Positions 14,128-26,300 of a DNA stretch of 64,000 bases are shown here, in pieces (positions within the stretch are counted from its first letter, which is position 1; every line of letters starts with the position of its first letter). The DNA is from Phyllobates terribilis (lineage: Eukaryota), in assembly GCF_046119375.1 (NCBI RefSeq), contig NW_027362773.1, positions 117,118,001 through 117,182,000 of the forward strand, in the 5' to 3' direction. Made by a program: the position numbers and the translations under genes. The notes beneath the pieces are model-generated. The model did not search any database, was not told the origin of the DNA, and was given only the letters and a program-made list of their open reading frames with translations.

Positions 14128-14348
14128 TAAAAATTGATAGTTTTTAATGACTATAGATCTCTTCTTTACTCTTGATCTAGATCATTTCAACAGAGTATGT
14201 GATTGCCATATACTAAACTAGTTGTATCATTAAGCAGAATTGTGAGATACTTGCTAAGAATTTTATAGGTCATTCACATGTCCGATTTTTATGTATCAGT
14301 GCTATCTGTGTTTTTTAAGGATAGCACTTGTGCCTGTGATAGTCTATA

Positions 14349-14680
14349 GGGCCATTCACATGTACATGATTTTTCGCAGATCGGGAGATCCACGGAAAAT
14401 CGTGGAGACATGTCCGATTTTTTCTGAGACTCGGACCAAAAATCGGCACTGCAAGTCAATGGGTCCGTGAAAAAAATCAGACCACGCTCGGATAACATCA
14501 TTGACTGTCAAAAAGGAAAAGGTGGAGAAACTTAAATTTTTTTTTTTTTAATGTATCCACATACGAGAAAAACGGATGACACTCTGATCTGAGAGACCAC
14601 ACTCTGATCAAAGTCTGATCGGAATAATCGGTCCATCTTTCTCGTACGTGAGAAAAATGGACGTTTGAATGAGACCTAAA
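14349..14680. mobile_element. Harbinger-like MITE
   Basis: GGGCCATTCACATG...TTTGAATGAGACC termini; typical CAAGTCAATGGG interior. Confidence 0.55.
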
Positions 14681-14753
14681 AGTCACTATTTTTGTGAAAC
14701 CATATATGCAATAACCGACTTCAGAAAAATAGCAATGTCCAGTATGGTTTATA

Positions 14754-15227
14754 CACACATGGTAAAAATTGTTGGTGCCCCTCGTTTAGTGAAAGAAAAA
14801 CCCACAATAGTCACAGAAATAACTTGAATCTGACAAAAGTAATAATAAATTAAAAATCTATGAAAATGAACAAATGAAAGTCAGACATTGCTTTTCTGCT
14901 ACCACGGAGTTTAAAAAAAATTAAGCTCATGAAATAGGCCTGGACAGAAATGATGGTTCTTCTTAACTTAATATTTTGTTGAACAACCTTTTGAGGCAAT
15001 CACTGCAATCAAACGATTCCTGTAACTGTCAATGAGACTTCTGCACCTCTCGACAAGTATTTTGGCCCACTCCTCATGAGCAAACTGTTCCAGTTGTCTT
15101 GTGTTTGATGGTTGCCTTTTCCAGACGGCATGTTTCAGCTCTTTCCAAAGATGCTCAATAGGATTTAGGTCAGGGCTTATAGAAGCCACTTCAGAATAGT
15201 CCAATGTTTTCCTCTTAGCCATCTTTG
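14754..15227 (-). mobile_element. Tc1 element, 3' part (same family as 12885-13989), inverted
   Basis: ORF 14968..15222 reads [15 protein letters not shown]...IASKGCSTKY. Its TIR at 14754 is a direct repeat of the TIR at 12885. Confidence 0.9.
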
Positions 15228-15570
15228 ACAGTATGTACTGACACCCAACTTCAGCTCTGATAATTAATTACCACACAGTTAAATGAAAAAGGAAAATAAT
15301 CCCATAGGCAACATATACTAAACATGTATAGAATGCAAAGGTATTTCAGGCATGGGTATACAAACCCTACATAAAATTTCTGAGACGTATAGCATGCATG
15401 TAACTGTAAAGTAGACAAGAAGCCAAGGATATTTGGGAGGAAAAGTTACCTAATAAGAAGAGATGTATTAGAGCAGGAGGTGTGAGTGATGTCCCCTCTC
15501 ACCCCGACGCGCATTTCGCCACTAGCTTCTTCCGGGGGCATATCAGGGTGAGGGGTAACCGCCTTTTTAA
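15228..15570 (-). mobile_element. Penelope-like terminal-repeat remnant with a dead hammerhead
   Basis: Contains CCCC CGGAAGA A GC TAGTG GC GAAA TGCGCG TC GGGG on the minus strand (15502-15538); boundaries approximate. Confidence 0.5.
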
Positions 15571-15802
15571 GTGTAGTGGCCATCAATCGTGATGCCCTTA
15601 CTCCAGCAATGCATATGGTGATCCCAGGCTTGTGTGCAGCTTCTCAACCAGAAAACCCATCTCATGAAGCTCCTGCCGGACAGTTCACCTGCTGATGTCA
15701 CTTCTAACTCTGCTCTACCCTGCTCTGTGAGTTGGAAACAGTGATTTCTAGTCCTTTTTTCTACAGAATTTTGTTTTTGTGCAGCAAATCTGCTGTGTAT
15801 AA

Positions 15803-16935
15803 CCCCTTCATGACCTTTGACGTATAGGTACCTCATAGTTCATGGCCCTGCCTTTGATGTGGGCTGCGCATCTTTGCCCGCACATGACAGCTGATTTTAT
15901 CAGCTGTCATGTGCCTTTAACAGTCGCGGTTGATCGGAGCTCCACTCACGCCTGTTAACCAGTTAAATCCCACTGTCAATCTCTGACAGCGGGATTTAAC
16001 ATGCGCCAGCCAGAAGAGCGTCACAAATCCCACCCATCACGTGATCGCAGGGCGCCAATGAATTGTTATAACAAGCAGGGGCCTGCAGAAGACCCCTGTG
16101 CCTATCATTGTGAATCTCCTATGAACACTGCCTCGTGGCCGGCGTTCATAGATCATGATTTTTGCTGTACATAGCAGTGCTGATATGTATAGCACAGGTG
16201 ATTGGACGATCGCAGCTTCAAGTCTCCTAAGTAGACTATTGCAGACAGAAAAAAGTAAAAAAAAAAAAAACACAAAAGTTTAAATCACTACCTTTTGTCC
16301 CATTGAAAATAAAACAATAATTAAAAAAACAACAACACATATTTGGTATCGCTGTGTTCAGAAAGGTCAGGTCTATCAAAATATAAAAAGAATTAATCCG
16401 ATCGGTTAACGACGTAACGAAGAAAAAAGTGGAAACGCTAGAATTATGTTTTTCTTGTCCGCAGCAACATTGCAATAAAATGCAATAATGGGCGCTCAAA
16501 ACATCACATCTGCCCCAAAATGGTATCAATAAAAACATCAGCTCGGGGCACAAAAAAATAAGTCATGACCCAGCCCCAGATCATGAAAAATGAAAACGCT
16601 CCGGAAAATACAGAATTTTTCTTCACCACTAATAAAAATAAACTATACATGTTTGGTTTCTATGAACTCGTAATGACCTGGAGAATCATAATGTCAGGTC
16701 AGTTTTAGCATTTAGTGAACATGGTAAACATACAATCCAAAAAATTGTAGAATTGCACTTTTTTTGCAATTTCACTTGGAATTTTTTTTTTCCCATTTTC
16801 CAGTACACAATATGGTAAAACCAATGGCGTTGTTCAAAAATACAACTTGTCCCGCAAAAGCAACAAGATTTATACGGCCATATTGATGGAAAAATAAAAA
16901 AGTTATGGCTCTTGGAAGAAGGGGAGGAAAAAAAG
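15803..16935. mobile_element. piggyBac-like non-autonomous element, truncated
   Basis: Starts ATAA-CCCCTTC; interior resembles the element starting at 60619; right end not found. Confidence 0.5.
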
Positions 16936-17049
16936 CAGAGCAAATTGGATCTTACAATAGCAGCAAAGTGCAGTGCGTGTTTCAAATCAGCAACATGTCA
17001 ATTTCTCTTCTGGGTACGTTGAGTTTTATGTGCGGATGTTCCCCATATA

Positions 17050-17826
17050 CCTTATTTTTCAGACCATAAGATGCACTTTTTTGCCCCCAAATTTGGGAGG
17101 AAAATGGGGGGTGCGTCTTATGGTCCGAACGTTACTCTACCGGTGGTGGTGGAGCTGGGATCGCAGGGTCCTTCGGCGGCGGCAGAGGTGAGATGCGGCT
17201 GGAGCTGGGGCCTGTACCTGTGCTGGAGTGGCTGGTGTCGGGCGGTGAAGTAGAGGTGCCGGGCCTGTGCTGTGAGCGCCGTCCGGTGGAACAGTGCGTG
17301 CGGCATCCAGTGGCTGCGGCCATCTTTCTGAGGTCGTGATCTACAGGAAAAATGGCCGGCGCATGTGCCTACTGGGAGCTCCGGCGGCCATTTTCCTGTA
17401 GATCACAGCCTCAGGAAGATGGCCGCGGCCTACGGAAGCTGCACACACTGCTCTGCCGCACCGCCGGACGACGCTCACAGCCCAGCACAGGCCCCAGCCA
17501 GACACCGGCCCTGCAGCATCTCACCTCTTCTGCTGATTCTGCCAGGTTCCTGAGGCAGGGAACGGAGGGACCTGCGATCCTGCTCCACCACCACTGCAAC
17601 TCACAGCTCCTGGAGTACCAGTTTCATGTATCCAGGGTCAGCAGTATTCCTCCATTCGTACCGGGCTGGTTTACTGAAGGACCCTGCCTTCTGTGACCTC
17701 CCTCCACCACCCCCCAAGTAAGATACCTATTCAGACTATAAGACGGACCCCATCTTATAAAAAATATTTTTTTTCCTATTTTTCACCCCAAAATTTGGGG
17801 TGCGTCTTATAGTCCAAAAAATACGG
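17050..17826. mobile_element. pogo/Tigger-like MITE
   Basis: TA flanks; TIRs CC(G/T)TATTTTT..GAC(C/T)ATAAGA(T/C)GCAC; same family as 46205-47099 in the opposite orientation. Confidence 0.75.
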
Positions 17827-17952
17827 TACTTACATTAACTGCGAAAAATCCGCCAAAAAGAACATAATGGTCATCATGGGAACTTGCCTCAGCACCGAAA
17901 ATTAACATAGCAAGGCCATATTCACACAGTGAGTATTTGGTCAGTGTTTTAC

Positions 17953-18200
17953 TTTTTTTTTTAATTTATATTACTCACTTATATAGCGCCATTAATTCCC
18001 CAGCGCTTTACAGACATCATTACTGTCCCCATTGGGACTCACAATGTACAGTAGATGGTGGGACGAAACCGGAGAACACCCACGCAAACATGGGGAGAAC
18101 ATACAAACTCCTTGCAGATGTTGTCCTTGGTGGGATAGGAACCCAGGACCTCAGCGCTGCAAGGCGGCAGTGCTAACCACTGAGCCACCGTGCTGCCCTC
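17953..18200 (-). mobile_element. tRNA-derived SINE inserted into a family-Z MITE (17914-18347)
   Basis: Minus strand has A box GGTGGCTCAGTGGTTAGC, a B-box-like GGTTCCTATCC and an A-rich tail; homologous to 27764-28015. Confidence 0.85.
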
Positions 18201-18859
18201 GGTATTTGTAAGCCAAAACCAGGAGTGGGTGATAAATACAGAAGTGGTGACGTGTTTCTATTATATTTTTCCTCTGATTGTTCCACTCCTGGTTTTGGCT
18301 TACAAATACTGATGTAAAATACTGACCAAACACTGAACGCGTGAACATTATTAAGGGTATGTGCACATGTCAAGTATTTTTCAGCACCAAGAAAAGCCAG
18401 TGCTAGCAGGAACAATGCTGCACACAATACGCACGGTTTTGATGTATTTTTACAGTTCTTTTTTTCACATTTATTTGAAAGAATTGACATGCTGCAGATT
18501 AAAAAAAACTCATTGCTGGTTAAAATCTGCAAGGAAAAATAAGCAGTTCATGCATGGCATAAGATTATAGAAATAGCAGACATTTTGCTGGAGCGTTTCT
18601 TTCTCCTTGTAAAATGAGAGGAAAATAACTTGGCAAAAATGCAGCATGTGAACAAGACTTTCAAGGGACAGTCAATTTGCGGTTTTTATTCTTTTTACTT
18701 GTAATTTGTGCATAGAAATGCAGAGCACTAAGCTGGAGGAACTACAATAAACTAGTCTGCTGCTGAGCCTCCATCATTGTGACAGATGCCGAGAGCACAC
18801 CGGACTCCATCTGTCCCGGCCGCCGCACAGCCGCTAAGTGTCACCGCCCCCAACATCAC

Positions 18860-19000
18860 ACAATGGCCAATCACTTCCTTCCTTTCATTGTGGCAGCGGG
18901 GCGAGGCTGTAGAGACACGCGCAGTGATTGGCTGCCAGAATTTAGCGTTGCGATTGGTCGAGTTGTAGCGTGTGGGCGGGGCTGGATGCAGCCAGGAAGT
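18860..19000. promoter_or_regulatory. CpG-rich BSCL2 promoter, possibly bidirectional
   Basis: CCAAT 18867-18871; ATTGG 18927-18931 and 18953-18957; GC box GGGCGGGGC 18974-18982; ETS cores CACTTCC 18872-18878 and GGAAGT 18995-19000; no TATA box. Confidence 0.7.
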
Positions 19001-19066
19001 GTTGTGCAGTTAGTGCGTGCTGGGCGTGCAGCGGTGCAGGTTGTGCGGCTCAGGTGTCACCGGCCG
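19000..19066 (+). other. BSCL2: Putative non-coding exon 1 of BSCL2
   Basis: Follows the promoter and ends at donor CCG|gtatgt (19066/19067); the start site is approximate. Confidence 0.6.
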
Positions 19067-21995
19067 GTATGTAACCTAGTCATTGTACGGACAGGAAGGA
19101 ACCGATGTGTAGAGATGTATGTGACTGAGTCTGAACAGCTGCCGGCACAGAGTAATGTCATCCTCATGGAGGGGTCTGTTCTCCAGGGTTAAACAGTCCC
19201 CCATCAAAAAGGGTTAAAATCCGCATGTTAGCCATGACCATTTTTCAAATTCTTGTGACCTACCCTTAGGCTTGTTCACACACTGCGTTTTTGTTATGGA
19301 AAAAAGTGTTTTACAGATGCAGCAAAGTGAATCAGATTTCTAAAATCTGCACTTGCTCATTGTTTTTTTTTTTTTCATTGCAAATTTGAACCTTCAATTA
19401 TTTCAGCGTTTTTCACCCATTGTAATGAGTGGAGGGGAAAAATGCAATTTAAAAAGCATAAAAAAATACTTATTTTACAGTTTTTCTTGCCAATGTTCTG
19501 TTTTTTTGCTGCAGAAAAATCTTCAGATCCTCAATGTGTGCACATAACTTAAAGCTGCTTTCATAAGATGGTTCTTCGGGTCAGTATTTGGGGGCCGAAA
19601 GCAGAAATGGAATCGAGAGAGGGAAAAGGAATAATGGAGAGATTTGACTGTTCCATCTTTTGGAAACATTAGTTTTGGTTTATAAAATACTGATGCAAAA
19701 ATACTGCACAAAAGTGGATTCAAGCACAACATAATTTTATACAATATATAAATCCGGCATAAAATCTGCACTTAAAAAAAAAAAAAAACAATAATTCAGG
19801 TTTAGGCTATGTTCACACATAACGTTTTTTGCTGTGTTTTTTTTTTTTTTTATGCAGATTTTCAGCTGCATTTTACAGTACCAGCAAAGTCTATGAGACT
19901 GCGTTTTTGCAAAATGCTGCATGTCACTTCTTTCAGCTTTTTGTTTTTCACCCATTGAAAGCAATGAGTAAGTGGAAAAATACAGCAAAAAAAACGCAGG
20001 TATCAGGTTTTGGTGCCAAAACCTGTGGCAGTGAAGTTATTTTTTTTATGCACTAAACTTTATCAGCATGCATAAGAGACACATTTACACTGACAAAAAC
20101 ACATCAAAACCTGCTTTTTTGAGGTTGCTTTTTTTAATGCCAAGAGAGCAGGTTTTGCCTGCAGAAATGCAATGTGATCATAGCCTTAGATGCAGAATTT
20201 TTTTTTCCTTCTTTTGCAATGGGTGCAATCTTTGCAGTAGATCTGTTCATAGTGTAAAATGCTGAATGTGCGTCCACTCAAAATAATATCCTGACAATAA
20301 TCTCTCATGTGTGTAAGTGCTGCCATTGATCTCAACCACCCATAGCGTGCAGTTACTGCATCTCTCTGCTGCTTATCGGTTCACACTTGGACCAATGTTA
20401 TCCAATGGGGCAGTGCAGATGAACAATTTTTTTCACTGACCAATTTGGCGTGTGAAAAACAATCGCACCATTTTCCTCCCGAGTCTTGGATGAGACTCGC
20501 CCGTTCAAATCTACAGGTGCGAGAAAAAAATTGTATTCCATATGGAGACACAGTATAGCATATGATTGCAATTCATAGAAAGCTATAAATGATAGTTGCT
20601 GCCGTAAAAAATGAATAAAAATCTGATTTTATGTGGATGACGAGAAGAAAAATTGTCACACTTTTCTGGATGAACCTAGCTGTAGACTGAGATAAACCTG
20701 TATACTGAGCCGGGTGGGGAGACAGCTGCTGCCCGTATGCCCATTGCCAGTGTGTACCCATTGGACTGCGCTCTCTGTGAGGCATGATCATACCCTGCCA
20801 GTTCTACATAAGTATAGTAGAGGATTTGCACATTAATTCAACTCATTATGAAGATTAAGGGCCCGACTTATAATTTGTGTTGTTTTTTTTCACTTTTCTT
20901 TTTGATGATTGTATGCCAAATTCTTCAAAATGGCGCACACAATTCATGGATTTTACGCAAAGCCTAAAATTGTATATTTTTTTCTGCCTTTAACTTTTTT
21001 TTGTTGCTACTTTTTAGTGCAAAGAGTCACACATTTTGCAAAATGCCTCAAATAATGCAATTGGTGCACATAAAATCACTCCAGGGAGGGGACTAGAGTA
21101 AAGTTGTGACAAATTTTGCAACTTTTTTTTTTTTTAAAGTTGCATTTCATGAATTTGTGTCAAACATCTGTAAAAGCCGCAGTGACGTAAATATGAGAAA
21201 ACCTAACTAAACCACAAAAGACGACTGAAAAAAAAAGCCCAAATCGTTCTGGAAATTTGTCGCAAATCACAAAGTCGGTGATTTAGAGGTATTCACGCCA
21301 AAAAATGCAATGATGAATCTAGGCCTAATTCTACACATAAAGTGTAAAATGATTTTTAGCTGTGAACCTGGGGCCATATGGGTAATATTTCCCCTTTTCG
21401 AGAGTGACAAGCCAAGTGAGTGAGGAGACTTTTAAGCCATGCATTCTCCTCTGGGAAATTAAACATGCAAATTGCTTCTTCAGAGAGGAAGACTACTAGA
21501 ACTCTAGCGCATGCGCAGAACATAGCACATGCGCAGTAAAGCTGGCAATCACACAGCCTCACTGCGCACACGCGGAAAACCGAGCGTCATCGCGCATGCG
21601 CAATGAGGCTGCGTGATTACCAGCTTCGCTATGCATGCGCAGTGAACATAGTGTGTGCACAGTGAAGCTGGTAATCACACAGCCTCACTGCGCAGGTGCG
21701 GGACCAGTGGCCTGACACAGACAAATGCGCATGCGCCCCACAATAATAGCGCTTGCCAGGAGCAATATTCAAGTACGCGGGCGACGCCAGCAGTGACTGA
21801 ATGCTGCAGGTAGGACAAAGTGTATAAAAAAATCATTATAGCTGCACCAATTTTAATGAAAAAAGCTTGTTAGTGATGCACACTGCATCACTAACAATGC
21901 TATGGGGGCAGTGTAGAGGAAAGCTAGGACGTGACAGGTTCCCTTTAACGAGTCGTGCAATATGACTTGGGATAAAAGCCAAACCAGAATCTCAA

Positions 21996-22040
21996 TTTGC
22001 AGACATGGTGTTTCAGGGTGTTGCCCCTCATCAGGTCAAA
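21996..22040 (-). ncRNA. Type I hammerhead ribozyme motif (family Y copy B)
   Basis: TTTGAC CTGATGA GGGG CAACA CCCT GAAA CACCATG TC TGCAAA. The core and GUC site are intact; stem I has two mismatches next to the core. Confidence 0.75.
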
Positions 22041-22325
22041 GTATGAGATCTGAATTGGGTTCTAAAGGGAAATGTTTCTCCTTGTGGAGAGCAAGAAGCC
22101 AAGCCTGGCATGTCAGAGTGAGGAGACTTATAAGCCATGCATGCTCTAGTCCTCTTTCTCTCTGAAGAGACAATTTGCATATTTAATTTTGCAGAGAAGC
22201 ATGCATAGTGTATATAAGTTTCCTCACTGACTTGCCAGGCTTGGCTTGTCACTCTCCGCAAGGAGAAACATTACCCCTTAGACCCCAGTCCAGAGCCTCT
22301 TACCTAGCCAAAGCAGATCTCATAC

Positions 22326-22370
22326 TTTGCACTGACGAGAGGCAATAACCCAAAACACCGTGTCTGCAAA
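22326..22370 (+). ncRNA. Type I hammerhead ribozyme motif with G12A core mutation (family Y copy A)
   Basis: TTTGCA CTGACGA GAGG CAATA ACCC AAAA CACCGTG TC TGCAAA. Stem I is a perfect 6 bp; GAAA is changed to AAAA at 22352. Confidence 0.75.
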
Positions 22371-22993
22371 CTTAGATTCAGGTTTGGGTTTTATCCTACA
22401 TCATATTGCAAGGCTAGTTAAAAAGTTGATATTGACTTTTAGGATTACTGCTTCCAATAGATGGTGCTAGAGTTCTAGTCCTTTTCTCTGAAGAGACAAT
22501 TTGTATAGTTGTGAACCTAAACATTCATCAGTTGTGTTGCTTACTGGTGTCTTTCATTTTTTTTCTCCTCTGCACAGATTGGTGCTGCCGCCCTCCGACC
22601 AACACGACCTCCTTTCTTGCTCAGTCTTCCCCTTGTACGTTCTGTCCTCTTTCACCCAGTTCTGTTCTCCACGGATAACTCTGATTTCCACACTGAGCAG
22701 TAATGTGACCCACACAAAGGCAAACCTTTCCCACCCCGATGTCTCTGCCCTCCTCTATGCACCCATTTTGGTAAATAGCACACAGCACCCGTCTTACAAG
22801 CATCGTCTGTCTGCTGGACATATACACCGCCTGCTGCTTACACTGTGCAGATATATACAGCAGAGCCTGTCACGCTGCTGATACAAACACCTACTAATGG
22901 TCACATCTTTGGTTTGGACCCGCACACCATTTAACTCTTTATTAACCTCTGCCGTTCTCAGCCTTGTGTCGTGAGAACGCCATATACATCACT

Positions 22994-23205
22994 ATGTCCA
23001 ACGAAGTGTCACCATCTCTCCTTCAATGGGTGGAAGACATGTTTTTAATCCTGTTTCTGCGGACTCGGCGGCTGCTCCTGCAGACGGGGATTTTGTTGTG
23101 CATCCTCCTCCTGCTCCTCTGGGTGTCCATCTTCCTCTACGGCAGCTTTTACTACTCCTATATGCCGACTGTGAAGTATTCCTGTCCGGTGCACTATCAA
23201 TACAG
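22994..23205 (+). CDS. BSCL2: BSCL2 coding exon 1 (MSNEVS...VHYQY)
   Basis: Acceptor at 22961/22962; donor AG|gtacgt; 212 coding nt. Confidence 0.97.
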
Positions 23206-23273
23206 GTACGTAGGCATGTGTAACCTGCAGATGGCACAGTGCTTTTATGTATGTGTGTATATATGTATGTATA

Positions 23274-23323
<50 letters not shown>

Positions 23324-26300
23324 GTTATAAGGGGTAGGTATAGTATTACATATAGAAAATAATGTATACAAAGCAATATTTCCATCAGAGACTTTGTGCA
23401 AAGCCCCTCCTTGCTGATCAAGCGCGTGATGCCACATTATAAGTAACTGAGGACCATTACGTTCCAGTAATTCCCATCATATGACCACAAAGCAAAGCAC
23501 AAAATACATGAGAAAAGAGCCTACATTGTTTTTGCAGAGTTTGTGCTTTTCTTTATATTGATACTTGCAGAATATTTCTGAAATATTAGTTGTTGTTTTT
23601 TTAACTTTCTTGTTTCAGCTCCACATGTAACCCATCACCTGGAATCCTGTGCTCCTTTCCCACCGCTAATGTCTCACTTTTGAGGAATAACCGTGACCGG
23701 GTGAGCTTGTAAATAGGGTAACCTTCAAGACAGACCGAGGTCGGGGTCCACACAGCCATACAAAAAATTGANNNNNNNNNNNNNNNNNNNNNNNNNNNNN
23801 NNNNNNNNNNNNNNNNNNNNNNNNNNNNNNNNNNNNNNNNNNNNNNNNNNNNNNNNNNNNNNNNNNNNNNNNNNNNNNNNNNNNNNNNNNNNNNNNNNNN
23901 NNNNNNNNATTGCACTGTCTAAAATATGTATTTTTTTGCACACTAAGTATAAATAATTTTTTTTTTAGTCGTTAAAAAAATTTAAAATTGAGCTTTGTGT
24001 ATAAAATATATATATTTTTTTTTGTACACAAAAAAAATTCTACTTTGTATATAGAAAATATACATATTTTATACACAAAGCATTATTTTTTAACAATTTA
24101 AATCTAAAATATATATAATATAATTTTTTTTTTAATCTTAGAAATATATAGTGTGTGCGCTTCTTAAGGACTTAATCGTACTATCCCGAAGAATCGCGTT
24201 GCCTGGTTGTTCTAACTGCGCTTTTTTTTTCCCCCATCATGGGGAATTTTTTTTTTTCTTCCCCATCTTACAGTTTATTACTTGGGAAAACAAATGTTAT
24301 TCAAAAATACAACTCGCCTCGTAAAGAAAAAAGCCATCGTATGGCCATGTTGATAATGTATTTTTTTTCCCCCATTTTACTAACTATATGAAAATAAAAT
24401 CCCCAAATTTTGCAATTTTTGCACTGGCCACTAAGCCGAATACTAGACTTTGTATTTCCTGTTGAGTGCAGAAAACTTTTCAGCAGTCTCATTATCATCA
24501 CAGACAAGATTACAGTGACAGATATTGTACCACAGGATCCATAATGTTAAAGCTCTTTCTCCTCTTCTTTACTCAGAAAGGAGCAGTCCTATAGTCAATA
24601 ATTCAGTTTGTGTATTGCCGTTTATGGTCTCCCTGCTGTAAAGTATATCTCTAATTGCTGTTAACAGACGCTCATGTAAAAAAGGGCTGACTCCATAATC
24701 ATGTACTTAAAATTAAAAAAAATCTTAAAGAATATGCATCTCTGTTGGACTTTAATTGTTAAAATATACATTTAAAAGGGTGTTCCTATGCCAATATGTA
24801 GTAGGTGTAATAATATTAGCAAATCCCTTCAATTAGAAATGTAGTATAGTTTTTCTGATTCACTATGTCTCTTTGCTCATGTGCAGGCATTGCAGGACCT
24901 TGGGTATCCATGGTTACGACCACTAGCAACCAGCTGTCACTAGATCAGTGGTCGCAACCATGCATACCTAAGGTCCTGCAATGCCTGCACATGAGGAAAG
25001 AGACATAGCGAATCAGAAGAACTATACTACATTTCTAATTGAAGGTATTTGCTAATATTATTATTATACCTACTACATATTGGGATAGGATCTTGGAGAT
25101 GGGAATACCCGTTTAAGTAGTTAGGAAAAATAGAATATATATTTGTGAGAACTATGCAATCCGAATAGCTGCTTGTATCCTATATAGGAAAGTAATTTCT
25201 TCCTCTATGGATAGTAAGCAGATGTATTCCTCGCTCTTCTCTCCGCAGGTGCTGATGTATGGCCAGCCATATCGTATAGCTCTGGAGCTTCGGGTGCCAG
25301 AGTCCGCAATCAACCAAGACCTTGGGATGTTCATGGTTTCAATGTCCTGTTACACGCGAGGCGGGAAGGAGATTTCTTACACGGCTCGATCTGTGAGTTA
25401 CTGATGATATTCTCTTTCTTTCTCTTCACTTATTTTGTCTTGTTCTCCTTCTCACCATGTTGTCTTTCACCAGGCGATGCTGCACTACAAATCCCACCTC
25501 CTGAAAACATTAGAGACTCTGGCCTTATTCCCTCTGTTCATCTTGGGACTTTCTGAGCAGAAGCAAATTCTTGAAGTTGAGCTGCACTCTGAATATCGAG
25601 AAGATTCGGTTAGTATTAAAACCTTTTTTTTTTTGTCCATTGTAATCTTTATTTTAAAGTCTGTTGTTTTTTATTCTCACTATTTTGTAGTAATCTTCAT
25701 CTATATTAAAAAGTTTTCCCATAGAGGCATTTTTGTTCACCTATTAAAGGGAACCTGTCACCAGTTTTATACCTGATAAACCATGCCCATTCTACAACCC
25801 CTCTATGCCTTCATACACGTCCCCATGCATACCTCCGAAAAAGTGTTTCATTCATGTCCCATGCTGCATGCAAATTAAGCAGTCCGGTCCGAGGGGCTAA
25901 TTCTGATGACACTCAGTGCCGCCCCAGTCCCTTCAAACGCCGCCTCTTCTATCCTGACTGAAGTGTCCTACGTCATTCACATGGTGCTCGAAGTCTCGCG
26001 CCTGCACAATTGAATAAGAAACCGGCCCAGGCGCTCTTGGTTTGGCCCAGGCGCTCTTGGTTTGGCCCAGGCCTTTTCCCCCGTTCATCCGCTGTTCCAT
26101 GCAAACTTTGGTTGTGTATTGAGGAGGATCAGGGGTGACTTAAGACACCTGTTCTAGTGTTTAGCTCCCATCCTGTAGATAGGTGACAAATGTGGGAAGA
26201 CCCCTTTAACCCATCTGACTTTTACTCCTTCTCTCTGCATTATTATTCTACACTCCTATTTTCTTTTATCATTCCTATATATATTTTTTCCATTGTTTGT

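Larger units (their letters stand above)
21945..22507. mobile_element. Family Y retrozyme/Penelope-like locus: inverted arm (21945-22145, minus) plus >1 monomer (22146-22507, plus)
   Basis: The anchor CTGAAGAGACAATTTG recurs at 22162 and 22488 (326-bp period); each arm has one hammerhead. Confidence 0.8.

Noticed and set aside
18380-18398. REST/RE1-like TTCAGCACCAAGAAAAGCC near neuronal GNG3
   Set aside because: The right half lacks GGACAG and the site is inside a MITE.
18779-19192. 137-aa ORF over the BSCL2 promoter, or a long N-terminally extended seipin isoform
   Set aside because: GC-rich promoter ORF. In the frame that would splice into the seipin ATG I found no ATG in the putative exon 1.
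23601-23956. ORFs containing runs of X
   Set aside because: Artefacts of the 137-N gap.
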